Positions 8,762-16,483 are shown, counted from the first letter of the stretch. The stretch is DNA of 33,798 nt from Pseudomonadota bacterium (GCA_031416315.1 JANOTL010000196.1:1-33798); one strand, 5' to 3'. Numbers and translations: made by a program. The notes: generated from the letters alone by a model not told the origin.

Positions 8762-9779
8762 GGTTGGGGTGGGGTGGAGTTCCGCGCGAAACTCGCCTCG
8801 CGTTCGGAAAGCTGCGCCGCGTCATCATGCGATGGTGCGCGCTGCAAAGATGTCGGGCGTTTTCCAGCGTGTTGGCTCCTCCCAGCGATGCGGGGTGGAT
8901 GTGATCGTACTCATCGCGAGATCTTTCCACGCAGCGAGTCCCGTTACGAGCGACATATGAGCATTGGCCACCGGACATCTTGTGGGCAGCATCCTTCACG
9001 GCGATCGGGAAGCGGCGGCCGCTCGCCTTCGGCGTTGCGGCGGGGTTGTCGCCTTGCGGCTTCGCAGTTGGCACGCGGCGCTTTTCGCGACGCTCGTCGC
9101 GACGGCGCTCCCGCCGCAGGGGATCGCGCTTTTCCAAGAAGGCGTCGAGCGCCTTCTCGATGATCGCGTCGAGGTCTTGCCCGCGCTCGAGCTCGCGCGC
9201 GCGTTGCAATTTTTTGAGCGTCGCTTCGCTCGCGCTGAAGTGAACACGTTGCTTCGTGGGGAGGGGTTCGCGCTTGGGCTCGGCTTCGCCCTCAGCACCC
9301 ACGGGGACCTCGCCGCCGGCCGGCACGTCGGTTGGTTCCGCGCGAAACTCAAACGCCCCGCTAGGCTTGACGGCCGGCGGCGCCGGCACGATATCCCGCT
9401 TTGCCTTCCCCGGCCGCGCCGCGACCTGCTGCGCCTCCTCGAGCGTCATCCCATCAGCCTTCGCCAAGATCTCCGGACGCTCCGCCAAAACCGCGACCAC
9501 GCAAAGACTCACACGCCCGTCACGCATCCGCCCCAATAGCCCTTGGTCCGCCGCAACGGCCCGTGCCGCCTTACTCCACCGCCAAGCCATCGACTTAGAA
9601 AATCCCAATTCCCCCACGCAGTAAACAAAGAGGCTCGCGTACCCCTCCGTCAAAAACAACTCCCGCACCGCCACCTCGGCGAGCAAAGCGACGCCCTCCG
9701 CCGTCACCTCGCGCACGGTCGCGACCTTCGCCTTCAGTGCCACTTGCAGCTCAGAGTTGTCTAGTTTCTTGACGTTCAT
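8676..9779 (-). CDS. HNH endonuclease with N-terminal helical/HTH (DUF222-like) region
   Basis: AAGGAG RBS. N-terminal LAEVAVRELFLTEGYASLFVYCVGELGFSKSMAWRWSKAAR; C-terminal C-x9-C...EYDHIHPASLGGANTLENARHLCSAHH (Zn-binding HNH). Confidence 0.88.
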   Translation of the reverse strand: MNVKKLDNSELQVALKAKVATVREVTAEGVALLAEVAVRELFLTEGYASLFVYCVGELGFSKSMAWRWSKAARAVAADQGLLGRMRDGRVSLCVVAVLAERPEILAKADGMTLEEAQQVAARPGKAKRDIVPAPPAVKPSGAFEFRAEPTDVPAGGEVPVGAEGEAEPKREPLPTKQRVHFSASEATLKKLQRARELERGQDLDAIIEKALDAFLEKRDPLRRERRRDERREKRRVPTAKPQGDNPAATPKASGRRFPIAVKDAAHKMSGGQCSYVARNGTRCVERSRDEYDHIHPASLGGANTLENARHLCSAHHRMMTRRSFPNARRVSRGTPPHPNLKSPTDSPTPNSRSPADGSIAPHSRTTA

Positions 9780-9964
9780 CGCAGTCTCCTTCTTTTTGCG
9801 ACAACGCGTTTTACACCCGCCTTTTTCTCCCGCTGCAGAGCCTCTTCAGTGGACGAACTCCCCACCAAAAACTCCTCGCGAGTCATCGAAGCGAAACGCC
9901 CGCCACATCCGCCCAGCACCTGTCCCACCCCCATTCCCCACGCCCACCAAGTTCCGCGCGAAAC
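8777..9964. repeat. Three direct copies of near-palindrome GTTCCGCGCGAAAC (8779-8792, 9335-9348, 9951-9964)
   Basis: The exact 14-mer occurs at all three sites. Copies 1 and 2 share 16 bp, copies 1 and 3 share 15 bp. Copy 1 is the 18-bp palindrome GAGTTCCGCGCGAAACTC with one mismatched pair. Confidence 0.9.
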
Positions 9965-10131
9965 CATCCGCAAAAACTCTGTCAAGCCGAAAAAAACGCA
10001 GCCGCCGCTCCTCGCCCGGTAGCAAAGAGCGTGACGCCGCCTCGGCGGCGCGATCTTTGCGAGGGCGAGCCGCAGCACCCCCAACCCGAGGTGCAAGACA
10101 CTGAACGTTAGAATTCGCCGCGACGCCGCAT

Positions 10132-10219
10132 CAAGAATCTCGCCGCATGGAGCCGTCCGCATCGAACGGCTCCGTGCGGCGAGATTCTTGCTCGCCGAGG
10201 GTGAGTCCCCGCCGGAGGC
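10132..10219. repeat. Dispersed long-hairpin repeat element, copy 1
   Basis: 25-bp stem with a 9-nt loop at 10132-10190, plus a 29-nt tail. 10139-10219 equals the reverse complement of 33718-33798 at 80/81 positions. Confidence 0.92.
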
Positions 10220-10236
10220 CCGCCGGAGGCCCGCCC

Positions 10237-10271
10237 AAAAAGAAGAGAGCCACCGCATCGACCGGTGGCTC
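10237..10271 (-). terminator. Rho-independent terminator of the 10302-11450 gene
   Basis: GAGCCACCG/CGGTGGCTC 9-bp stem followed on the minus strand by TCTTCTTTTT. Confidence 0.75.
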
Positions 10272-10301
10272 ATCACATCAGTAACGAAACTTCTGCTCAG
10301 C

Positions 10302-11450
10302 TCAGCGCTTCAAAACCTGAACCATCTGCCTCTCATCCGAGCCCGCCGTCTCACCCTTGAACGCGGCCGTCACGTTGCAAACCTTCTCGAGATAAGTCCG
10401 CGCTTCGACGAAAGCCACGGTCACCGCACACGTCAACTTGCCGTCCTTCACCGACGCCGGAGCCGGCTTCAGCACGCATGCGCCGTTCGTCTCGCGGTCC
10501 ACGGTCCGCGCCACCGCGAAGAAGCGCTCGGCGCAAAGTTTGGCATTCATCTCTTCATCGGCGACGTCGATCGTCGCGGAGCTAAACGTGATCTTCGACT
10601 CGCTGCTGCCGGCCGGCATCGCATACACACCCTCTTCGATCGCGACCGGCACCAGCTCGGTGACCGGCTGCTGCGTCGGCTGGCCCGCGCCTTCGGTCGG
10701 CTTCTGGATCGGCGACTGGGGGCGGCACTTCGTCGGGTCGCCCTGACAAAGGTCCTGCTGCGCCGGGATCGGCTTGCAGGTCTGGAATTGACCGACGCCT
10801 TGGCCGGGATTGCTCTGAGCTTGGCCCGGCATCTGCGAGGGGAAGCGCGAGCACAGCGTTTGCCACGGCGTCGACACGTACTGAATCGCGTCGGCGTAGT
10901 GCATCGCCCATTGTCCGGAGTAGACGCCGTCGACGATCAAGGAAAGCTTCAGGCCGTCGGCGGAGATCAGCTTCGCCCGGTTCTCGTTCTTCGCGAAGGC
11001 CGCGGTGCCGAGGTAAACGCGCTGGCGCTCGAGGTAGGAGCGGCCCGCCTTCTTCAACAGGGCGAAGACGTCGACGAGGTCGCCGCCGTCGGTGCGGGCC
11101 GTCGCGTCGATCTGGTAGGAGTAGGCCAGCATGCGCGTCCGCTCGGGATGCAGGTCCGAGTAGGCGACGTCGCGGCTGCCGACCAAGGTGCCGTCGGCCG
11201 TCTCGACCGTGCCGGTCAGGCCGTAGGAGGTGACTACGGTTTGGTCACCCGGCTTGCGAGTCAGCACGAGGACCGGCTTGGTCGGCGCTTGCTCCAGAAG
11301 GCCGAGCTTCACCGTGCCGTAGGCCCAGGCGACGCCGTTGTCGACGTAGGACTCGGCCGTGCCGACTTCTTCGTGCTGGGCGCAACTTTGCGCGGCAACG
11401 GCCGAAATCAGCAGGAATACGAGGGTAGAGAGGCGAGTGGTCAAGGTCAT
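10302..11450 (-). CDS. Hypothetical lipoprotein with a Pro/Gln/Cys-rich linker
   Basis: GGAG RBS; signal peptide LVFLLISAVAAQSC; two domains joined by MPGQAQSNPGQ...CKP...CQGDPTKCRPQSP; typical codon bias. Confidence 0.75.
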   Translation of the reverse strand: MTLTTRLSTLVFLLISAVAAQSCAQHEEVGTAESYVDNGVAWAYGTVKLGLLEQAPTKPVLVLTRKPGDQTVVTSYGLTGTVETADGTLVGSRDVAYSDLHPERTRMLAYSYQIDATARTDGGDLVDVFALLKKAGRSYLERQRVYLGTAAFAKNENRAKLISADGLKLSLIVDGVYSGQWAMHYADAIQYVSTPWQTLCSRFPSQMPGQAQSNPGQGVGQFQTCKPIPAQQDLCQGDPTKCRPQSPIQKPTEGAGQPTQQPVTELVPVAIEEGVYAMPAGSSESKITFSSATIDVADEEMNAKLCAERFFAVARTVDRETNGACVLKPAPASVKDGKLTCAVTVAFVEARTYLEKVCNVTAAFKGETAGSDERQMVQVLKR

Positions 11451-11524
11451 GGGAATGAACTCCAGGGCAGCGGGAACAGGCAGGATCAGCGAGGAGAGGG
11501 AACGAGAGGTCCCGCATACTCCAT

Positions 11525-11540
11525 TGCCAAACTCGTGCCT
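11525..11540 (-). promoter_or_regulatory. Candidate sigma54 (-24/-12) promoter
   Basis: Minus-strand AGGCACGAGTTTGGCA is GG-N10-GC with a GGCACG -24 box, ~75 nt upstream of ATG 11450. Confidence 0.55.
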
Positions 11541-11563
11541 GCCGCCGCGTCCTGCCCCTTGCC

Positions 11564-13198
11564 CTACTTCTTGACCCCCGGCCCCTCCGACGTCGCCGTG
11601 AACTTCACGTCGGGATTACGCTCCTCGAAGAGCCTGAGCCGCCACGGCTCGTCGACCAGCATGCAGGGATGACCGTGCTGGTCCTTGCAGATGTTGTATT
11701 CGTTCACGCGGACGAACTCGTGGAACGCCGCCTCTTTCTCGGGCGTATTCGCCACGGGCGCAATCCAGCGGGCCACCGAGTACGGCAGCGTGTGCATCTT
11801 CACCTGCACGCCGTATTCAGCGAGAATGCGGTAGTTCACGACCTCGAACTGCAGGGTGCCGACGACGCCGAGGTACTGGTCCGACGATTGGATGGGGCGG
11901 AACACCTGGACCGCGCCTTCCTCGGACAGCTGGTCGAGCGCCTTCGCCAGCTGCTTCGACTTCATCGGGTCGACGAGCTGCACGCGGGCGAAGTGCTCCG
12001 GCGCGAACACAGGAATGCCCGTGTAGTGCAGGCTCTCGCCCTCGCTCAAGGAATCACCGATCTTGAAGATGCCCGGATCGTGGATGCCGACGATGTCGCC
12101 CGCGAAGGCCTCGTCGACCAGGCTCCGGTCCTGCGCCATGAACTGCGTCGGGCGGCCGAGGCGCAGCTCGCGGTTCAAGCGCACGTGGAAAGCCTTCATG
12201 TTGCGCTCGAAACGGCCGGTGACGATGCGCATGAAGGCGACGCGGTCTCTGTGCGACGGGTCCATGTTCGCCTGGATCTTGAAGATGAAGGCCGAGAACT
12301 TGTTCTCCAGGGGCTCGACGCGGCGCTCTATCGTGACGCGCGCGGTCGGCGGCGGCGCGATCTCGATCAGCGCCTCGAGCAAGGTCTGCACGCCGAAATT
12401 GTTGATGGCGCTGCCGAAGAAGAGCGGCGCCAGGCGGCCGTCCAAATAGGCCTCGCGGTCGAACTCGTCTCCGGCGCCCGTGAGCAGCTCGATCTCTTCG
12501 CGGAGCGTCTTCGCGGCTTCCTCGCCGATCTCCGCCTCAACCTCGGGGCTGTCGACGGAGAGGCCGCGCAGCGCCACTGGACGCGCACGATCCGCGTCCT
12601 TCTCGAAGATCAGGAGCTGGTTCGACATGCGGTGGTAGACGCCGCGGAAGGAGGGGCCCATGCCGATCGGCCAGGTGATCGGGAAGCAGGCGATGCCCAG
12701 CACCTTCTCGATCTCGTCCATCAGCGAGAAGGGGTCTCGGCCCTCGCGGTCCATCTTGTTGACGAAGGCGAGGATCGGCGTCTTGCGCGCTGCACACACC
12801 TCGAAGAGCTTCTTCGTCTGCGTCTCGACGCCGTTCGCGGCGTCGATCAGCATCAAGGCGCTGTCGACTGCCGTGAGCGTCCGGTAGGTGTCCTCGGAGA
12901 AATCCTGGTGACCGGGCGTGTCGATCAGGTTGATCTCGTGCCCGTCGTAAGGAAAGTTCATCACCGACGAGGTGACCGAGATGCCGCGCTGCTTCTCGAT
13001 CTCCATCCAGTCCGAGGTGGCGAACTTCTTCGAGCGCTTCGCTTTCACGGTGCCGGCCATCTGGATGGCGCCGCCGTAGAGCAGGAGCTTCTCGGTCAGC
13101 GTCGTCTTGCCGGCGTCGGGGTGGGAGATGATCGCGAAGGTGCGTCGTTTGTTGATCTCGCGCGCCAGGACCGACGCGACTTCGGGAGGAGTGCTCAT
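11564..13198 (-). CDS. prfC: Peptide chain release factor 3
   Basis: RRTFAIISHPDAGKTTLTEKLLLYGGAIQMAG, SDWMEIEKQRGISVTSS, DTPGHQDFSEDTYR and FKIQANMDP.HRDR; 544 aa. Confidence 0.98.
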   Translation of the reverse strand: MSTPPEVASVLAREINKRRTFAIISHPDAGKTTLTEKLLLYGGAIQMAGTVKAKRSKKFATSDWMEIEKQRGISVTSSVMNFPYDGHEINLIDTPGHQDFSEDTYRTLTAVDSALMLIDAANGVETQTKKLFEVCAARKTPILAFVNKMDREGRDPFSLMDEIEKVLGIACFPITWPIGMGPSFRGVYHRMSNQLLIFEKDADRARPVALRGLSVDSPEVEAEIGEEAAKTLREEIELLTGAGDEFDREAYLDGRLAPLFFGSAINNFGVQTLLEALIEIAPPPTARVTIERRVEPLENKFSAFIFKIQANMDPSHRDRVAFMRIVTGRFERNMKAFHVRLNRELRLGRPTQFMAQDRSLVDEAFAGDIVGIHDPGIFKIGDSLSEGESLHYTGIPVFAPEHFARVQLVDPMKSKQLAKALDQLSEEGAVQVFRPIQSSDQYLGVVGTLQFEVVNYRILAEYGVQVKMHTLPYSVARWIAPVANTPEKEAAFHEFVRVNEYNICKDQHGHPCMLVDEPWRLRLFEERNPDVKFTATSEGPGVKK

Positions 13199-13205
13199 GG
13201 TTCTT

Positions 13206-14270
13206 CTATGTAAGGGTCACGGCAGCGCCGTGAGGAATGACGAGGGCCAGGACGGTTCGAGCCGCGGTGCGCGTCGCGAACGGCATCGCGGCATGCGGTA
13301 AGAGCGCCGGCTCGCCCTTGCGGAGCGAGACGCCGCTCATTACGACGCCGCCTTCCAGGACGACGAGCGCGCCGTAGCCGCCCTGCACGGAGAGCGAGAA
13401 GCGCGCGTCGGCCGGCGCGCGCACGAGGATCGTCTGATAGTGCGGGTTCGGCGGAAAGCTCAAGACTTCGGCGCCGCCCGCGGCGGCAGTGATGCGCGGC
13501 TTCCGCCGTAAGCTCGCGGCGAACGCCGGACCGACCTGGCGGAGGGGATCGACGAGCCGAAGGCTCTCCTCCAAGTGCAAGGGCCGCGGCGCTCCGGCGG
13601 GATCGGCTTTGCCGTCGTCGGCATAACGTCGCCCCCAGTCCCACATGCGGTACGTCTTGCCGATTTTTCCCGGCACCACGCGCTGCGGCTCGAGCAGGGT
13701 CACGCCCGCCCCGATCGCATGCGGCACGCCCGGCTCGATCTCGAAATAATCGCCGGGCAAAACCGGCTCAAATTGCAGGAGCTCCCGGGCGCGAGCGCCG
13801 TCCAGCAGCGCCTTGCGCAGCTCGTCTCGAGAAACGGCGCGCGAGAAGCCCAGGTAGATGCCGGCGCCGGGCATCGCGTCGAGAACGAGCCAGCTCTCCG
13901 GCTTGCCGCATTCGCCCGCCTTCAGATCGCCGTCGTCGTCGCGCGGATGGACCTGCAAGGAGAGCGGCTCGGCGGTGTCCAAAAGCTTCACCAGGATGTC
14001 GCAGCTCTTTTGCGCGGGAGAAAGGGTCTCGCTCGGATACGCGTCGATGAGGTCTTTCAGGCTCAGATCCTCGTCGCGGAGGCGCGAGGGGAAATCGGGC
14101 CCGTACGAAAACTCCCAGGACTCGCCGATCGCGCGGCCGATCGCGTGGGGCACGGCCAGCTCCTTGAAGCCGCGCGCGATCTTCTCGCCGCCCCAGGGCG
14201 TTCGGGCCAAGGGCGTGAAATTGTCGGCGGTCAGCGGCACGGGGCCGCGGCTCAGGAAGCTCGGCGTCAT
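13206..14270 (-). CDS. manA: Class I mannose-6-phosphate isomerase (cupin)
   Basis: PWGG, IGESWE, LVKLLD....LSLQVHP, GKPESW, PGVPHAIG and TYRMWDWGR. ATGA overlap with the gmhA stop at 14267-14270. Confidence 0.88.
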   Translation of the reverse strand: MTPSFLSRGPVPLTADNFTPLARTPWGGEKIARGFKELAVPHAIGRAIGESWEFSYGPDFPSRLRDEDLSLKDLIDAYPSETLSPAQKSCDILVKLLDTAEPLSLQVHPRDDDGDLKAGECGKPESWLVLDAMPGAGIYLGFSRAVSRDELRKALLDGARARELLQFEPVLPGDYFEIEPGVPHAIGAGVTLLEPQRVVPGKIGKTYRMWDWGRRYADDGKADPAGAPRPLHLEESLRLVDPLRQVGPAFAASLRRKPRITAAAGGAEVLSFPPNPHYQTILVRAPADARFSLSVQGGYGALVVLEGGVVMSGVSLRKGEPALLPHAAMPFATRTAARTVLALVIPHGAAVTLT

Positions 14271-14860
14271 TTGGCGGGGTACAGCGCCCGCTCGACGAGC
14301 TCGATCAGGATGTGGATGACCTTGATGTGCAGCTCCTGCACGCGGTCGGAGTAGGGTGTCCCGCCGGGCGTGCACAAATCGAGATCGGCTAACTTGCCGA
14401 CGACCGAGTCCCGGCGGCCAGTGAGCGTGATGACGTGCATCCCCTTTGCCTTGGCCGCTTCACACGCGAGGACGACGTTCGGGCTCTTGCCGCTGGTCGA
14501 AATCGCAAGGAGGACGTCGCCTTCGCGGCCGTGCGCCTCGACATAGCGGGAGAAGATGCGGTCGTAGCCGAAGTCGTTGGCGACGCAGGAGATGTGGGCG
14601 CCGTCGGCGATCGCTTGCGCCGGGAGGCCCGGGCGCTCGTCGCGGAACTTGCCGCTGAGCTCCTCCGCGAAATGCATGGCGTCGCAGAGGGAGCCGCCGT
14701 TACCGCAGCTGAAGGCGCGCCCACCCTTACGGAACGAGGCCGCGAGCAGGTCGCTGGCAAGCGCGATGCGCTCCAGCGTGGCGGTGTCGGCGCGGAGCGC
14801 GCTCAGAGCCGTCGCGGCCGCGTCGAGCGCTTGGCGGACGGCATGCAAGGAATCGGTCAT
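14267..14860 (-). CDS. gmhA: D-sedoheptulose-7-phosphate isomerase
   Basis: CGNGGSLCDAMHFAEELSG, SCVANDFGY..IFSR.VEA.G, AISTSG.S.N and DRVQELHIKVIH. Confidence 0.96.
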   Translation of the reverse strand: MTDSLHAVRQALDAAATALSALRADTATLERIALASDLLAASFRKGGRAFSCGNGGSLCDAMHFAEELSGKFRDERPGLPAQAIADGAHISCVANDFGYDRIFSRYVEAHGREGDVLLAISTSGKSPNVVLACEAAKAKGMHVITLTGRRDSVVGKLADLDLCTPGGTPYSDRVQELHIKVIHILIELVERALYPAK

Positions 14861-14905
14861 CGGGTCCCTCAGATGCCGCCAAACTAGCCTTACGGCTAGG
14901 GAAAG

Positions 14906-15856
14906 TCAAAGCACGGCCGTGGTCATCTCGACCAGATTCGCCATGGTCTCGCGGGGATCCGCCTCGTAGAAGTAGCCGGGATAACTGTCTTTGATGAAGT
15001 AGCTCTGGGCGCGACCGGCCGCGTCGTAGCGGGCCCCGTAGATGAGCAGGCAGTGGCCACCGACCGTGATCTCCACCGGAAAGCCCGCCGCCAAAGCGGC
15101 CTTGATCCGAGCCTCGAAGCGGGCCTGCGGCATGTACCAGGAGACGACGCCTGGGCGCGCGTCCGGATCCGGATGTTGGCGATAGCCTTCGGCGGCGTCG
15201 CGCGAGATGGCGTAGCTTTCCCAGACCTGGCCCTCGACGACGGCCGCGGTCAGCTCGAGGGGCGAAAGCTCCGCATCGTCCAGATGCGTCACCGCTGGCG
15301 GCACGCCGTACACGACCGCGAGGCCCTCGTGGAGAGCCGCGATCTTCTCCGCTTCGCTTCCGGCGCGGTCGACGGCGCGACGGATGTCGAAGTTGCCGTA
15401 AGCGTCGCCGACGTCGGCAAAATCTGCGAACGCGACGAGCCCTTGATTGCCCAGCATGCTCATCGCGTCGACGGCGACGCCGCGCTCGCCGAGGTAGCTC
15501 GCCTCGCCGCGGATCCGCAGGAGGTGGCGGTTCTCCATGGTGAAATACTGCATCGCACGGCGCGACAGCTCGAGGTCGGCGTCCTCGTGGCGCACGCGGT
15601 ACGTCGTCTCGAGGCCGTTCAGCATCGCGTACGCCCAGCAGAGCTCGGTGCCGCCTTGGTCAAAGCCGCGGCTCACGGGCAGGCGCAACTCCGCGGTGTC
15701 CGGCGAGCGCACGACGGCGGGGGTCGGCAGCGTCAGGAGCGCGCGGACGCGCATCGCCTCGGCGTAATCGGAGCCGGCGGCCAAAGACTGCGACGAGACC
15801 AGGGCCGCACCCAGGGCCGACAACGCGAGAACGAGCGAGGACCATCGAGAGAGCAT
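14906..15856 (-). CDS. Secreted papain-like (C1 family) cysteine peptidase
   Basis: Signal peptide from ATG 15856; DQGGTELCWAYA (oxyanion Gln plus catalytic Cys), GHCLLIYG (His), and FIKDSY at the position of the usual KNSW. Confidence 0.75.
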   Translation of the reverse strand: MLSRWSSLVLALSALGAALVSSQSLAAGSDYAEAMRVRALLTLPTPAVVRSPDTAELRLPVSRGFDQGGTELCWAYAMLNGLETTYRVRHEDADLELSRRAMQYFTMENRHLLRIRGEASYLGERGVAVDAMSMLGNQGLVAFADFADVGDAYGNFDIRRAVDRAGSEAEKIAALHEGLAVVYGVPPAVTHLDDAELSPLELTAAVVEGQVWESYAISRDAAEGYRQHPDPDARPGVVSWYMPQARFEARIKAALAAGFPVEITVGGHCLLIYGARYDAAGRAQSYFIKDSYPGYFYEADPRETMANLVEMTTAVL

Positions 15857-16033
15857 GCCAGATACCTCGCCAAAAGTTGCGCCGGGAATTTCCATGAGGG
15901 TACCAAGTTACGGCTCGCGCGTACACGCGCCGGCCAAAAACGTTCACACGCGGTGAACGGTTTAATTTCCCCGCAGTCTTGCGCCGGCCGAGCGCCTTGC
16001 TTAGAAGCGGGCTCCACAAAATTTGGAGTGCCC

Positions 16034-16483
16034 ATGTCGAACCGCAACGCCGCGAAGACCGAGCACGACGCCTACCTCGTTACGGTCGACCTCGCCTCGA
16101 CCGCGCCGGCCCTCAAAGTCGTTTCGCAAAGCAAAGAGCCGAACGCGGCCGGCACCAAGATCTGCGTCCTCAACCGGCCGGTCGACCTCGCCACCGGCAC
16201 CGCCGACGGCATCACTGGCGCCCTCGAGAACGCGGTGAACGCCGCACTGCGCGCGCCCACGTCGGGCAACGACTCGTCGGAGTCGGTGAACGTCGCGATC
16301 TCGCCCGACGGCTACACCGTGACGCTCAACCCGATCTGGGAGAAGGCGGCGAATCTGAAGGACGAGCCGGCCATCGCCGTCACGTATGCGGGCATCGTCC
16401 TGAAGCCGCGCGCGACGCCGGATCTCGGTGAGCGCCTGGACCTCGCCTCGGCTTGTGAGCTGCAGGTCGGCCTCGCCGAGTGA
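16034..16483 (+). CDS. Hypothetical protein (149 aa)
   Basis: GGAG RBS before ATG 16034, typical codon usage, followed by a terminator-like hairpin. The upstream part of ORF 15053..16483 is an antisense shadow. Confidence 0.7.
   Translation: MSNRNAAKTEHDAYLVTVDLASTAPALKVVSQSKEPNAAGTKICVLNRPVDLATGTADGITGALENAVNAALRAPTSGNDSSESVNVAISPDGYTVTLNPIWEKAANLKDEPAIAVTYAGIVLKPRATPDLGERLDLASACELQVGLAE

Noticed and set aside
8779..9964. Calling the palindromes true parS sites
   Set aside because: The central CACGTG is replaced by CGCGCG and there is no parAB/dnaA context; only the resemblance is noted.
9776..10276. ORFs 9776..10276 (-), 9757..10104 (+) and the MLAEGESPPEA ORFs at 10188 and 33558..33749
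   Set aside because: They run through the hairpin repeat and terminator; the shared peptide only reflects the DNA repeat.
10188..13213. Long + strand ORFs 10188..11672 and 11669..13213
   Set aside because: Antisense shadows of the lipoprotein and prfC genes, typical of high-GC codon bias; no recognisable motifs.
15053..16033. N-terminal extension of ORF 15053..16483
   Set aside because: Overlaps the C1 peptidase antisense; the RBS supports a start at 16034.
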